Shown here: positions 32,980 to 44,248 of the stretch, piece after piece
Layout: every line of letters starts with the position of its first letter
Numbering within the stretch: position 1 is the stretch's first letter
Source: an uncultured delta proteobacterium
GTDB lineage: Bacteria; Myxococcota_A; Polyangia; Palsa-1104
NCBI GenBank assembly: GCA_963785725.1
Contig: CAWAWS010000007.1
Coordinates: 871,919-935,918 of the forward strand
Direction: 5' to 3'
DNA length: 64,000 nucleotides
Notes under the pieces: model-generated
Databases searched by the model: none
The model's input: the letters and a program-made list of their open reading frames with translations, nothing else
What the model was told of the DNA's origin: nothing
Translations under genes and position numbers: made by a program

Positions 32980-34482
32980 TCAATGTCGCAGCGACGGCGT
33001 CCACACGAGCGTGGCGCGGAAGTCGACGTTGTCGCGCGTCGCGCCGGTGACGAACGCGAACGACTGCACGTGCTCGTAGATGGCCTCGGCGTCGACGCGC
33101 AGCGCGTGCGGCAAGAGGATTCGCCCGCGTAGGCCGGCGCGCTCGCGCGTCTCGGGCACGCCGTGCGTGACGACGAAGATCGGGCCGTGCACGATGGCGT
33201 CGTAGAGGTCGCTCGACAGGCGCGCCCATTCGAACCACGGCGAGAGCGCGATGTGATGCGGCAGATCGAGGCGCGCCGTCGCGTACAGCGACCAGCTGTC
33301 GGGGCCGAGCGGCGCGCCGACGACGCGGCCGTCGTTGGTCAGGCCCGTCGTGAAGTACGAATGTTCCTGCGAGAAGGGGCCGTTGTGCTGCAGCTCGACA
33401 TCGAAGCCGTGCTGCCCCGTCTTCGTCAACGCCGGCATCTCGAAGCCGAGCAGATGATCGCAGTCGTAGAGGAACATGTCGCCGAGCTGCTTGCGAAAGT
33501 CCTCGAAGGCGAGCTCGTAGTAAATGCGTAAACCGCGCGTGTGCTTGTTGGTGTAGACGAGGTCGACCGAGTCGCGGCGGTTGGAGAAGCCGGCGCCGAC
33601 TTGGCTGCCGGTGCGCGTGAAGTTCTCGCCGATGAAGTCGAGCAAGTCGTAGTGGACGGCGCCGTCGCCGTTGAGCTGCAAGAGCTGCTGCGCGCCGAGC
33701 TCGACCTGATCGGCGATGGCGATGGCGACGCGCTCGAGCTGCACCTGCGTGTTGTGGAACGTCTGCGGATCGCGGAGCAGGCCGAACGCATAGAGCGCCG
33801 AGACCGTCACCGGGATCTTGGGGATCTTGAGCGGATGCGCGGTCTGAATGCGCACTTGATCGAGCGGCGCCGTGTTGTCGCCCCAGATGAGCTGCGTGTG
33901 CACGCCGGGGCCGAGGACGAGCACGTCGCGGCCGATCTCGACGGCGACGGGGCCGTATTGGCCGTCGAGGTAGGCGCGATCGAGGTGGCCGAGCGTCGTC
34001 CATTGGTTCGTGCCGAAGGTGAGCTCGAGGCGGGTGAAGGCGGAGAGCCAGTGGCCATAGCCGGCGGCGGAGTCGAGCATGATCATGGCGCCGCCGCCTT
34101 CGCCGCAGGGGCGGCCTTCTTGGTGCTCGCAGGAGACTTCGATGCCGCCGGTCATCAGCAGCGGACGCTGTGGGGTCGAATAGGGGCGCTCTTCGTCGCT
34201 GGCGGCGCCGACCAGGAGGCTCACGCGATGGGCGGGGTCGAACCACAGGCCGCGGAGGGTCGGCGGCTGCAGGTGCGGATCGGGCGGGAGGCCGGCGCTG
34301 ACGAGGAGCCGCTGGGCGTCGTATTCGGTGAGCGGGCGGATGCCGCCGAGGTAGAGCGGGATGCGATTTTGGGCGCGCAGGATGGCGAGCTGCTCGTAGA
34401 CGGGATCGTCGAGCGGGATTTGCGGTGAGGCCTCGGCGACGCTCGTGATGCAGAGGAGCGCGAGGACGAGACCGATGCGCAT
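32980..34482 (-). CDS. wzi: Capsule assembly Wzi-family outer-membrane protein
   Basis: Signal peptide; LDRAYL, IGRDVLVLGPG...LIWGDNTAPLD, GAPLGPDS; amphipathic beta strands. Confidence 0.75.
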   Translation of the reverse strand: MRIGLVLALLCITSVAEASPQIPLDDPVYEQLAILRAQNRIPLYLGGIRPLTEYDAQRLLVSAGLPPDPHLQPPTLRGLWFDPAHRVSLLVGAASDEERPYSTPQRPLLMTGGIEVSCEHQEGRPCGEGGGAMIMLDSAAGYGHWLSAFTRLELTFGTNQWTTLGHLDRAYLDGQYGPVAVEIGRDVLVLGPGVHTQLIWGDNTAPLDQVRIQTAHPLKIPKIPVTVSALYAFGLLRDPQTFHNTQVQLERVAIAIADQVELGAQQLLQLNGDGAVHYDLLDFIGENFTRTGSQVGAGFSNRRDSVDLVYTNKHTRGLRIYYELAFEDFRKQLGDMFLYDCDHLLGFEMPALTKTGQHGFDVELQHNGPFSQEHSYFTTGLTNDGRVVGAPLGPDSWSLYATARLDLPHHIALSPWFEWARLSSDLYDAIVHGPIFVVTHGVPETRERAGLRGRILLPHALRVDAEAIYEHVQSFAFVTGATRDNVDFRATLVWTPSLRH

Positions 34483-34572
34483 GCGGGACGGCTGACTATA
34501 CTCAATCACATGCGGCAGGCGGAATTTTGCGAGCCTTGGTAGAACGGCTCGAGAGGAGCAGAAGCGGGTGAA

Positions 34573-35904
34573 TTAGTAGGTGAAGCAGCTGGCGCCCGTG
34601 CAGTACACGTGCGCGACGCCGTAAGGCGCGTTGATGAGGACCTTGCTCGAGGCGCCGTCGATCGTGCCGCCGGGGATGGCGAAGTTGATCGTCGCGTTGC
34701 TGCTGGCCGCGCCGCTCTCGTCCTTGATGACCAGGTAGACCGGGTTGTTCGCCGTCCCGGCGCCGCTACCTGTCAGCGTGTGCGTCGAGGAGATCGAGGT
34801 GTAGGCGACCAAGTAATCGTTGGCGGCAAGCGTGCAGTCCGCGTCCACGACGCCGCGACGATGCGGTTGCACCGCGCCGTTCTGCACAACGTTGCCGTTG
34901 ACGGTCTCGTCTTGATTCGCGACGAGCTGTCCCTGCACTTTCGTAGTCGACGAGGGGCCGCCGATGATCACGCCGGCCGCGGCGTCGGTCGCGCTACGGG
35001 TGCTGCCGATTCCGATCTCGACGTTGTCGGAGCTGTCCAAGAACATCAGCGACAGGAAAGTCGTTGCTTCGGCGTTGATCTGCGTCAGCAGAAGCTTGTT
35101 GTTAACCAAGCCGCGCATTTGCATCCCGTTGACGAGGCCGAAGACACCAGGCGTCAGCGAGAGCCACTGTTTGTGCGTCGTATCGACGTACTGAAAGAGA
35201 TTGGCGGTGATGTAGCCTTCGATGTCGCCCGTGTTGCGATTGAACATCCAGCTCTGCGGGCGATAGTAAGCACCGCTATTCGTGATGAAGACGATGTGGT
35301 GCTCCATGAACTCGGTGCCGACGTTCGGCGCGTAGTAGCTTTCGAACTGCAAGCCCATTGCGGCTTCGCCGGGCGTGACCTGCTTGCCGTACGCAGTCAA
35401 GTTCCAGCCGAAGTCGAGCACCTGATCGAGTCGCGTCGAACCCGCGAAAGAAGCGGCACCGAGCGTTTCGTACCAGGTCGACGTGCCTGCCTCTCCTGGG
35501 GTAACAGTCTTCAAGAAATCGTCACCGACGTTGCCGAGGCGCAGTGTCGCGCCGTCGCTGTTCAGCAACGACAGGTAGGCAAATTGGCTCGTGTCTGGCG
35601 ACAGCACTGCGCAGCGCGCACACGGATCGGTGCTCGGCGTACCCGGCGGTCCCACCGGACCCTGCGGGCCTACCGGTCCGGCGGGCCCTTGCGCGCCAGT
35701 GGCTCCTTGCGCTCCCGTCGCTCCAGCGGGTCCAACCGCGCCCGCGGCGCCAGTCGCACCCGTTGCGCCGACGCTCGATGAGTCTGTCGAATCGGGCTCA
35801 TGATCGGCTTGACCAGAACCGCCAACCGAGCAGCCAGCCGCCGCCGCCGCGATCACTACCGCAAGATGGAGCTGTGCCTTCTTTCGTTCGAACCCGTTGC
35901 GCAT
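34573..35904 (-). CDS. Lipoprotein with collagen-like repeats and tail-fibre-like C-terminus
   Basis: ATG at 35904 after GGAG; lipobox AAAAGC; ~15 G-X-Y triplets; C-terminal LVIKDESGAAS...TIDGASSKVLINAPYGVAHVY. Confidence 0.72.
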   Translation of the reverse strand: MRNGFERKKAQLHLAVVIAAAAAGCSVGGSGQADHEPDSTDSSSVGATGATGAAGAVGPAGATGAQGATGAQGPAGPVGPQGPVGPPGTPSTDPCARCAVLSPDTSQFAYLSLLNSDGATLRLGNVGDDFLKTVTPGEAGTSTWYETLGAASFAGSTRLDQVLDFGWNLTAYGKQVTPGEAAMGLQFESYYAPNVGTEFMEHHIVFITNSGAYYRPQSWMFNRNTGDIEGYITANLFQYVDTTHKQWLSLTPGVFGLVNGMQMRGLVNNKLLLTQINAEATTFLSLMFLDSSDNVEIGIGSTRSATDAAAGVIIGGPSSTTKVQGQLVANQDETVNGNVVQNGAVQPHRRGVVDADCTLAANDYLVAYTSISSTHTLTGSGAGTANNPVYLVIKDESGAASSNATINFAIPGGTIDGASSKVLINAPYGVAHVYCTGASCFTY

Positions 35905-36177
35905 TCTCGACTCCGCCATGATGTCGTGCCTGCTTGTCCATTCGGCGTAGAACGGAGCGACTTGAGGTCGCGGGCTGCGAAACCACTGCAGCCCGAGATT
36001 CGATCCCGACCTGTTCCACGAACGCCGAACGGTCGACAATCTTGCAGGCGCCGGCCGTCACTCTTGATACCCGTGACGCCAGGAGAAAGACGGTGTCTTG
36101 GTCACAGCGAGAGGGGTCGGGCGGCGCATTTCGGCCGCGCTGGACTCACTCGACGTAATCCTTTAGAAGATGGGACT

Positions 36178-38330
36178 ATGAAGCAAGTTCTGCAGTCTTA
36201 TCGTACAGGGGAGTTGAAGGTTGCCGATGTGCCTGCACCGGGAGTCGAGCCCGGATGCGTCCTCGTGCAGACCACGGCCTCGCTCGTGTCGGTAGGAACG
36301 GAGCGGATGACCATGAACCTGGCGCGCAAGTCGTTGCTGGGAAAGGCGCGCGAACGACCCGATCTGGTCCGGAAGGTCATCGAGCGAATCGGTCGCGATG
36401 GGCTCGTCGCAACCGGGCGCGCCGTCTTCGACAAGCTCGATCAGGCCAACCCTCTCGGCTATAGCTGCGTCGGCCGCGTCATCGCAGTCGGCGAAGGCGT
36501 CTCGGCTTTCTCCGTGGGAGAGCGCGTGGCTTGCGCCGGCGCAAAGGTTGCTAATCACGCCGAGGTCAACTTGGTTCCGCATAACCTCGCGGTTCGCGTA
36601 CCGGACGGGGTTGACGACGAGACTGCGGCGTTCGTGACGGTCGGTGCGATCGCGCTGCAGGGAATTCGCATCGCGCAACCGACCTTGGGGGAAGTCTTCG
36701 CGGTCGTCGGCCTGGGATTGATCGGTCAGCTCGCTGTCCAGCTGCTCAAGGCCAACGGGTGCCGCGTTATCGGCATCGACCTGGACGGCAAGAAAGTCGC
36801 GCTCGCGCGGCGTCTCGGCTGCGACGTCGCCGTCGAGCGCGGTGCTGACGTACTGCACGCGGCAGAGGCGCTGACCGAGGGGCGCGGGGTCGACGGCGTC
36901 CTCATCACCGCTGCGACACAGTCGAACGATCCGGTGGAGCTCGCCGGCGAGTTGTGTCGCGATCGTGCTCGCGTCGTGGCCGTGGGCGCCGTCGGCATGA
37001 ACGATCCCGCGCCGCCCTTATTACGACAAAGAGATCGGCTTTCATGCAGTCGCGGTCTTACGGTCCGGGCCGCTACGATCCCGTCTTCGAGGAGCTGGGC
37101 ATCGACTATCCGCTCGGGTACGTGCGTTGGACCGAGCAGCGCAATATGGAGGCGTTCATCGACCAGTGCGCCGGTAAGCGGCTGGATGTGAGTCGCGCTC
37201 GTGACCCATCGATTCGCAATCGGTGATGCCGAGCAAGCGTACGAGCTCATCTCGACCGATGAATCGGCGCTGGGCGTCGTGCTCAGCTATCCGACCGGCG
37301 CCACGCCGGCCCGGACGATCGAGGGCGCGAAGTCAGAAACGAAGCCGTGAAGAGGCGTGCGCGCGTCGGTTTTCTCGGCGCCGGCGCGTTCGCCACCGGA
37401 ACGCTGATTCCGGCGCTCGCCGCCGTAGACGATGTGCGGCTGGTTTCCATCGCATCCGCGCACGGCGTTTCCGCTCAACACGCCGCGGAACGCTTCGGCT
37501 TTCGCAGCTCGACGACGGACGACGCCTCGATTATCGCCGATCGGGACATCAACGTCGTCTTCATCTGCTACGCGACACGATCTGCACGCGGGACAGGCGG
37601 CTGCTGCCCTTCGTGCCGGCAAGCACGTCTTCGTCGAGAAGCCCTTGGCGCTACGGCCGGAGGAGCTCGACGAGGTTGCTGCCGCCGCACGAGCGTCGGG
37701 AGCGTTGTTGATGGTGGGATTCAACCGCCGCTTCGCGCCGCTATCCACCGACCTGCGCACTTTCTTTGGTCGGCGGCGCCAACCGCTTGTGATCAACTAT
37801 CGTGTCAACGCCGGGCCGATTCCGGCGTCGTCATGGATTCACGATCCTGCCATCGGTGGTGGTCGGATTTTAGGCGAGGTCTGTCACTTCATCGACTTCG
37901 TGTCGTTCCTAGCGGGAGCCCCGGTCGTTCGTGATGTTCACGCAGAGCACGGGCGGCGCTGGCGGTGTTCGTACCGATGACAACGTGATCATTACGCTGA
38001 CGCTGCGCGGACAGCTCGCTGGCCACGATCACCTACGTTGCGACGGGCGATACGACGGCGGGCAAGGAGCGCATCGAAGTGCTCGGCGATGGCGCGTGGG
38101 CTTGTCTTGACGACTTCCGCGAGCTCCGTATGCGTCGTGGCGGCAAGGAGCGCGTCGTGCGCAAGTTCTCGCAGGACAAAGGACACCGGGCTGAGGTTCG
38201 TGCCTTCATCGACGCGGTTGGCGGCGCCGCGGCTCCCATTCCGCTCGTCGAGCTCTTGGCCAGCACGCGGGCGACGTTTGCCGCGTTGCAATCGTTGGGA
38301 AATGGATTGCCCATCGAGGTCGCCGGTTGA
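36178..38330 (+). CDS. Bi-domain oxidoreductase (Zn-ADH-like + Gfo/Idh/MocA); several frameshifts in this sequence
   Basis: MKQVLQS..TGEL, SLVSVGTE, GLGLIGQL, SRSYGPGRYDP, YVRWTEQRNM, GFLGAGAF, HVFVEKPLA, MVGFNRRF, GEVCHFID, QDKGH. These motifs fall in different frames between ~37000 and ~38030. Confidence 0.85.
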
Positions 38331-40063
38331 ACGTTGGCCGGCTGCTGCGAACCACGAGGCATCTGACACCCGGCCAAGTCGGCTGGCGAATCGCTCATCT
38401 CGTGCGGTACGGTGTTTATCGCCGCGCCGGCAGTATGGCTCGGCTGTTTTGGTCCGAAGATGCAAACGCCAAATTTGTTGGCGATTTGCTGTCTCCCACT
38501 CCGTTTCTGCGCGATCGCGAGGTGGCGGAGCGTTGGAAGCGCGGTCGCGTTCGCTATCTGGCCATCGAAGGCGATGTCACCGATTGGCGCGCTGAAGAAC
38601 GCGTCAAGCTTTGGCGTTATGAGCGTCAGTATCACCGCGAGCTGGTCGTGCTCGCCGCGCTCGCGGCTGTCGAACCGGACGGCGACTGGCTGACGCTCGC
38701 GGTTGACGCGATTCAGTCGTGGCGTCGAGCCTGTCCGCCGCTCGAAGGTGATGCATGGGAGCCGTATCCCGTCGCGCGCCGGATCATCAATTGGTCGCTC
38801 GCTGGCTGCCTGGCGCCCAGCTTGGCGCCTCACTTGGCGCCTCTGCTGGCTCTGCACTTGCGCTTTATGTCGCGTCACCTTGAGCGTCACTTGCTCGGGA
38901 ATCACTTTTTGTGCGACGCGGCCGCGCTCGTTTGCGGGGCCGCCGTTCTCGACGGCAGTTCTGTGGAGCAGCTCGGGGCGCGGGGGATGTCGATTCTCGA
39001 AAGCGAGCTCGAACGTCAGCTGCTCGCTGATGGCGGCTACGGTGAGCGCACGGTGCAGTATCACGCGCTCGTGCTCTTCGACTCTATCGCCGCCGTTGGG
39101 CTTTGGCAGCGCCGAGGGCACAATTGTAGTCAGCGGCTGCGCGAGCTGCTCGATCGGATGGCGGCGTTTCTCGGCCGCGTGCGGCGTGACGACGGCTCCT
39201 TTCCCTGGGTCAATGACGCTGCGCCCGATTCCACCCCGCCGCTGGCTCAGCTCTCGGAGCTTTCGTCGGCATTGGGGCTGCGCTTGCCCGGTTTTGTGAA
39301 CGCCGAAGCCGGTGACTTCGCGCTCGCGGAGACGGGCTGGCAGTTCGTGCGCAGCGGCCACCATGAGCTGCTCTTCGACGTCGGCGTAATCGGGCCACCT
39401 GAGCAGCCGGGTCATGGACACTCCGATGCGCTCGCGTTCGAGCTTCGTTGGGACGGAGATCCGATTGTCGTCGATACCGGCGTGAGCACTTACGAGTCCG
39501 ACTCGACACGCGTCTTCGAGCGCTCGACGCGCGCGCATGCCACGGTCACCGTCGACGACTTGGGTCCCGACGAGCTGTGGGCCGCCTTTCGTGTCGGGGC
39601 ACGTGGGCGGCCGCACAGTGAGGCGCCTCGTCGCAGCGGGAACGTTCGCGTGTTGCACGGTACGGTCGACGCCGCTGCGGGATGGCGTCATCAGCGCACC
39701 CTCGTGTACTGGCCGACGCGTTTGCTGCTCGTCGACGATCGGGTGACGCGGTTTGGGCGATCGGTCTGTCGTGCGCGTCTACCGCTCGCGCCCGGCGTGA
39801 TCCTCGAAAGAGACCGGCTGACGCGGGGAAACCGCGCTCCCTTGCGCTGGCAGGTGTTGCGCGGCGAGCAGGCCTCAGTCGAGCCGGGTTGGATGAGCAG
39901 AGGCTTTGGGAATCGCATCGCGCGACAGGTCTTGGTCGTTCGTTGCGATGCCAGCGGCCGTGCGGTTTACAGTATCGGAGAACGGGACACCGAGGTCTCT
40001 ATCGACGAGCGCGGAGTCCATTTACGCCATCTCGAGGAATCGATCATGGTTCCGATCGCATGA
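38327..40063 (+). CDS. Heparinase II/III-family protein
   Basis: AWEPYPVARRIINW, LERHLLGNH, QLLADGGYGER..YH, GHGHSDALAFEL, VDTGVSTY, RSTRAHATV. Confidence 0.9.
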   Translation: MNVGRLLRTTRHLTPGQVGWRIAHLVRYGVYRRAGSMARLFWSEDANAKFVGDLLSPTPFLRDREVAERWKRGRVRYLAIEGDVTDWRAEERVKLWRYERQYHRELVVLAALAAVEPDGDWLTLAVDAIQSWRRACPPLEGDAWEPYPVARRIINWSLAGCLAPSLAPHLAPLLALHLRFMSRHLERHLLGNHFLCDAAALVCGAAVLDGSSVEQLGARGMSILESELERQLLADGGYGERTVQYHALVLFDSIAAVGLWQRRGHNCSQRLRELLDRMAAFLGRVRRDDGSFPWVNDAAPDSTPPLAQLSELSSALGLRLPGFVNAEAGDFALAETGWQFVRSGHHELLFDVGVIGPPEQPGHGHSDALAFELRWDGDPIVVDTGVSTYESDSTRVFERSTRAHATVTVDDLGPDELWAAFRVGARGRPHSEAPRRSGNVRVLHGTVDAAAGWRHQRTLVYWPTRLLLVDDRVTRFGRSVCRARLPLAPGVILERDRLTRGNRAPLRWQVLRGEQASVEPGWMSRGFGNRIARQVLVVRCDASGRAVYSIGERDTEVSIDERGVHLRHLEESIMVPIA

Positions 40064-41283
40064 AGATCCTATTTGTAAGCCAGTATTTCCCGCCGGAAAT
40101 GGGGGCGCCAGCGGCGCGCGTGTACGAGCTCTCGCGCGAATGGGCGCACGCCGGTCACGACGTCACGGTTCTCACCGGCTTTCCTAACCATCCAACGGGG
40201 GTTATCCCACCGGAATATCGTGGCTCGCTGGTGCGTCGTGAATCCGTCGACGGCATCCGCGTCGTACGAACGCCGATTTATGCCGCTGCAAACAAAGGGT
40301 TGGTTCGACGCAGCGCCAATTACGTCTCCTTCGGTCTAAGCGCGAGCACCGTCGGAATCGGGCTGGTTTCGCGTCCCGATATCGTCATCGGCACATCGCC
40401 GCAGATGCTGACGGCGATCGCCGGACTGTGGATTGCCCGCTGGTTTCGCGTCCCGTTCGTTTTCGACGTGCGCGATCTGTGGCCGCGCAGCATCGTCGAG
40501 GTGGGCGCGATGCCGGCCAATTCGCCGCTCGTACGGGCCCTGGAGCTCGTCGAGCAATCTTTGTACGAACGCTCCGACCATATCGTCGTCGTTTCGGAAG
40601 GGTTCATCGAAGAGATCGTCGCTAAGAAGATCGAGCGCCAAAAGATCTCCGTGATCACCAATGGCGTTGATCTCGAGCTGTTCCGACCCCGTGATCGCGA
40701 TGAGGCGCGCCGCCGGCTCGGCTTGAGCACGACGGAGAAGATCGTCAGCTATGTCGGCACGCACGGGATGGCGCACGGCCTTGGGACGGCGCTGGAAGCG
40801 GCGCAGTCGTTGCGCGCCGACAATGTCCGCCTGCTGTTCGTCGGCGAAGGCGCAGAAAAGGCGCGACTGCAGGAGCAGGCGCGAAAGCTCCAACTCGAGA
40901 ACGTGACGTTTTGGGACGCGCGCCCACGCGACGAAGTAGCGGACGTGCTGTCGGCGAGTGACGTCTGCATTGTCCTTTTGCGCGACCTGCCGGTATTCAA
41001 GACGGTAATTCCGTCCAAGCTGTTCGAGATTATGGCGGCGGCGCGCCCAATCGTCATGACGGTAGATGGTGAAGCCCGCCGGCTGCTCGATCGTTCGGGC
41101 GGAGGCGTGTTTGCGCCGCCGGAGAATCCCGCGGTGCTCGCCGAGACCATTCGTGGACTGATTCGCTCGCCGGAGCGCGCGGATGCGCTCGGGCGCGCAG
41201 GCCGTTTGCATGTCGAGCAGTGCTACTCCCGAACCGCGCTGGCAAGCCAATACATCCGAGTCTTGGAATCCGTCTTGCGATAG
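40060..41283 (+). CDS. GT4 glycosyltransferase (WbuB-like)
   Basis: MKILFVSQYFPPEMGAPAAR, TGFPNHPTG, VRDLWP, YVGTHGMAHGL, IPSKLFEIMA. Confidence 0.93.
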   Translation: MKILFVSQYFPPEMGAPAARVYELSREWAHAGHDVTVLTGFPNHPTGVIPPEYRGSLVRRESVDGIRVVRTPIYAAANKGLVRRSANYVSFGLSASTVGIGLVSRPDIVIGTSPQMLTAIAGLWIARWFRVPFVFDVRDLWPRSIVEVGAMPANSPLVRALELVEQSLYERSDHIVVVSEGFIEEIVAKKIERQKISVITNGVDLELFRPRDRDEARRRLGLSTTEKIVSYVGTHGMAHGLGTALEAAQSLRADNVRLLFVGEGAEKARLQEQARKLQLENVTFWDARPRDEVADVLSASDVCIVLLRDLPVFKTVIPSKLFEIMAAARPIVMTVDGEARRLLDRSGGGVFAPPENPAVLAETIRGLIRSPERADALGRAGRLHVEQCYSRTALASQYIRVLESVLR

Positions 41284-41323
41284 TCGCTGGTTCGCAACGT
41301 TCGACTTGCCTGCGAGGAGTGGA

Positions 41324-44248
41324 ATGAGCGCCATGAAGCTTGCATCGCGCGTCCTGGTGTTCGTCGTCTTCTCCGCCGCGTCCGCGAGAGCGGCGCCCAG
41401 TCTCGCCGTCGACTTCGACGGTGGTGTTCACGCAGTCGATGGTGCCGGGCGCCCGGTCGCGGTGGCGGTCACGCAAGCTGCACGCGCGGCGCCAACGTTG
41501 GTGAAGAGCGACCACGGCGAAGCGCTGCGCAGCGGCGCCACGTACGGTTACCTGCAGTTTCCAACCGCCGGAATCGTTCGCAAGGAAAGCGGCACGGTCG
41601 AGATGTGGGTCGCGCCCGTCGATTGGGATGGCAGTGAGCGCAAGTATCACATGCTGTTCGAGGCTCTCGGCGACGGCGGCGCGATCTATCTCTACAAGTT
41701 TCAGTCGGCGGGATTGATGATCCTGACTTGTCAGAACGCTCAGGCCGGTCCGTACAACACCGCCGACGTGGATATTTCGAGTTGGAAGCCCGGGCAGTGG
41801 CATCACGTCGCAGCCACGTGGTCGGCGCGCCGTCAGCGGCTGTTTGTCGATGGTGTCAAAGTGGGAGAGGTAGCGCCGCTGTTGCCGTCGCAGCTGGGCT
41901 CGACCTTCACGATCGGGGACCAACCCTGGCAAGGCGCGCGTACCTCGAGCTCGCTGTTGCGGCAGGTTCGCGTCTACGATCGCGAGCTTTCTGGGCACGA
42001 GGTGAACGCGCACGCTCATGGTCAGTTCGGAGTGCTGCCCGTCACCGAAGACGACCTTGATCTCTCGATGCGTGTCGATCCGCAATCGAGTCGCTTGACC
42101 GTCTCACTCGACCTCGAGCGCGACGAGAACGTATTCGACGGCGTAGAGGTTCCGCTCGAGCTCGTGAATGATCGGCAGATCGTGCTTGCGAAGTCGACTG
42201 CGCGAATGAGCCAAGGCGTGGCCAGCGCTGTCTTTCCGATGGAGGCGTTGCCGGCCGGCGCGTTCACGGTCACGGCGCGAATCGCTCCTCGCGGAAACGC
42301 AGCCATCGTCAAGTCGGCGACGATCCAGAAGCCCGATATGAGCTGGCGCGGAAATCACATCGGTGAGCCGACGAGCGTGCCGCTGCCCTGGACACCGTTG
42401 CAGGTGCATCGCGATGGTCAGCGTGTCCAGATCGATGCCATTGCCCGCCGTTATGAGTTCACTGGAAACGCCTTGCCCAATCAAATTACGTCGCAAGACG
42501 AGCGGCTACTGACGGGCGCGGTCAGCTTGATCCTTGGACGCGGCAACCAGCACGTCAATTCTCGACCGGCTGAGCGCCTCGACGTGGACGAGTCGGCCAT
42601 CGCCACGACGATCCGATCGCGTCAATCGGGTGCGCTCGGCGGCACGGTGGTCACGACGCAGCTCACGTCGCGTCTGGAATACGATGGGCTCTTGGTCGTC
42701 GATGTCGACGTCGCCACGGGAAATGGTCAGCCGTTGACGGACGCGACGCTCGAGATTCCGCTCGCGAAGGGCGTGGCCAAACAGCGACACCGTTGGACGA
42801 CGGGTGAAGCGCTGTCCGGCAATCTGCCCGACTCCGGCTCGGTGTTGGATAAGGATAAATTCATTCCCTTTGCTTGGATTGGCGACGATAAGCGCGGTCT
42901 CTTCTGGTTTTGTGAGAGCGATGAGTCGTGGCCGAATCGCAGCGCGGCCGACAGCTTTGCCATCGTTCGCCAAGGAGATACTACCGCGCTGCGGCTGACG
43001 ATCGCGCACGGTCAGCCGTTGCCGTCGCGATGGCGCCTACGCTTCGGGCTGCAGGCGACGCCGGTCAAGCCAATCAATCAGTCGCCCTGGCGAATTTCGC
43101 CGGCGCCACACGCCACCGAAGTCATCATCTGGCCGACGACAGCGCCCGATTCGCTTCGTTATTACGGTTATCCGGAGCCGTCCGATCCAAGCCAATTCAA
43201 ACGCCGCATCGACTCCATCCACGGCGCCAATACCCGCGCCATCGTCTACTCGGGTTTGACCTATCTGTCATCGCAGGCGCCCGAGTATCAGTGGTTCGAG
43301 CAAGATTGGCGCATCGGTGGCGCCGACGCCGCGTCGCGTGACGTGCAAGCCTTTGGCGGCATTTTTGCGCGCATGAACCCACTCTCGCGCACGTATTCCG
43401 ACTTCATCATTTGGAAGAATGCGCAGATGGCCGAGCAATTCGGCGTCGACGGTTTCTATCACGACAATACCGAGCCCAACGCATGCACGCTGGGGCACGA
43501 TGGTTGCGGATATAAAGACGCAGCCGGGCTCATTCATCCGACATTTCCCATCCTCGCCTATCGCGATCTTTATCGACGTCTTTACATCGCGGTCAAGCAG
43601 CGTCACCCAAATGGACGCGTGATGGCTCACGCCTCGATGAACCTGACGATTCCGGTCATCGCTTACGAGGACGCATATCTGGCGGGCGAGGAGTTTCGCG
43701 GGCAGGTGCGTGATTCGTACGTGTCCGTGTTGCCACTTGACAAGCTTCGAGTGGAGTTCGTAGGGACTCATTTCGGGATTCGTTCGATATTCCTACCCGA
43801 GCTCGAAGGCGGTCAGGAGAAGGCCGTCGCCCCAACACAGGAATTGGCGGCCATGCTGCTGGTGCACGATATTCCCGCGTGGCCGATCCTCAGCCGCGTC
43901 GAGGAATTCGCGCAAGCCTACGCTGCGCTGGATTCCTTTGGAACCGGGGCAGCACTATTCATTCCCTATTATGATCAGCAGCCTGTGGCCAACGTTTCGG
44001 GCACGGGACTTTACGTCAGTGGGTATAGGCGGCCGGACGGTAAGTGGTTGCTCGTCGTGGCCAATCTCTCCACACAGCCACAAACTGCCGCAGTTAGACT
44101 GAATGAGTCGCGAATCGGCGCTCTTCCACGCGAAGTGTCGAGCTTTCCTTCGCGGCAGGCGTTGCCCTTCGCGGCAGGAGCGGCCACAGTCGACGTCCCG
44201 GCGCGCGGCTATCGCTTCGTGTACTTCGAAGACGCCGCTAAGCGTTAG
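41324..44248 (+). CDS. Secreted LamG-domain + putative glycoside hydrolase protein
   Basis: RBS GAGGAG, signal peptide; LamG GTVEMWV...GQWHHVAATW..RLFVDG...VRVYDRELS; EYDGLL, FGLQATPVKP, GVDGFYHD, LLVVANLS. Confidence 0.75.
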   Translation: MSAMKLASRVLVFVVFSAASARAAPSLAVDFDGGVHAVDGAGRPVAVAVTQAARAAPTLVKSDHGEALRSGATYGYLQFPTAGIVRKESGTVEMWVAPVDWDGSERKYHMLFEALGDGGAIYLYKFQSAGLMILTCQNAQAGPYNTADVDISSWKPGQWHHVAATWSARRQRLFVDGVKVGEVAPLLPSQLGSTFTIGDQPWQGARTSSSLLRQVRVYDRELSGHEVNAHAHGQFGVLPVTEDDLDLSMRVDPQSSRLTVSLDLERDENVFDGVEVPLELVNDRQIVLAKSTARMSQGVASAVFPMEALPAGAFTVTARIAPRGNAAIVKSATIQKPDMSWRGNHIGEPTSVPLPWTPLQVHRDGQRVQIDAIARRYEFTGNALPNQITSQDERLLTGAVSLILGRGNQHVNSRPAERLDVDESAIATTIRSRQSGALGGTVVTTQLTSRLEYDGLLVVDVDVATGNGQPLTDATLEIPLAKGVAKQRHRWTTGEALSGNLPDSGSVLDKDKFIPFAWIGDDKRGLFWFCESDESWPNRSAADSFAIVRQGDTTALRLTIAHGQPLPSRWRLRFGLQATPVKPINQSPWRISPAPHATEVIIWPTTAPDSLRYYGYPEPSDPSQFKRRIDSIHGANTRAIVYSGLTYLSSQAPEYQWFEQDWRIGGADAASRDVQAFGGIFARMNPLSRTYSDFIIWKNAQMAEQFGVDGFYHDNTEPNACTLGHDGCGYKDAAGLIHPTFPILAYRDLYRRLYIAVKQRHPNGRVMAHASMNLTIPVIAYEDAYLAGEEFRGQVRDSYVSVLPLDKLRVEFVGTHFGIRSIFLPELEGGQEKAVAPTQELAAMLLVHDIPAWPILSRVEEFAQAYAALDSFGTGAALFIPYYDQQPVANVSGTGLYVSGYRRPDGKWLLVVANLSTQPQTAAVRLNESRIGALPREVSSFPSRQALPFAAGAATVDVPARGYRFVYFEDAAKR

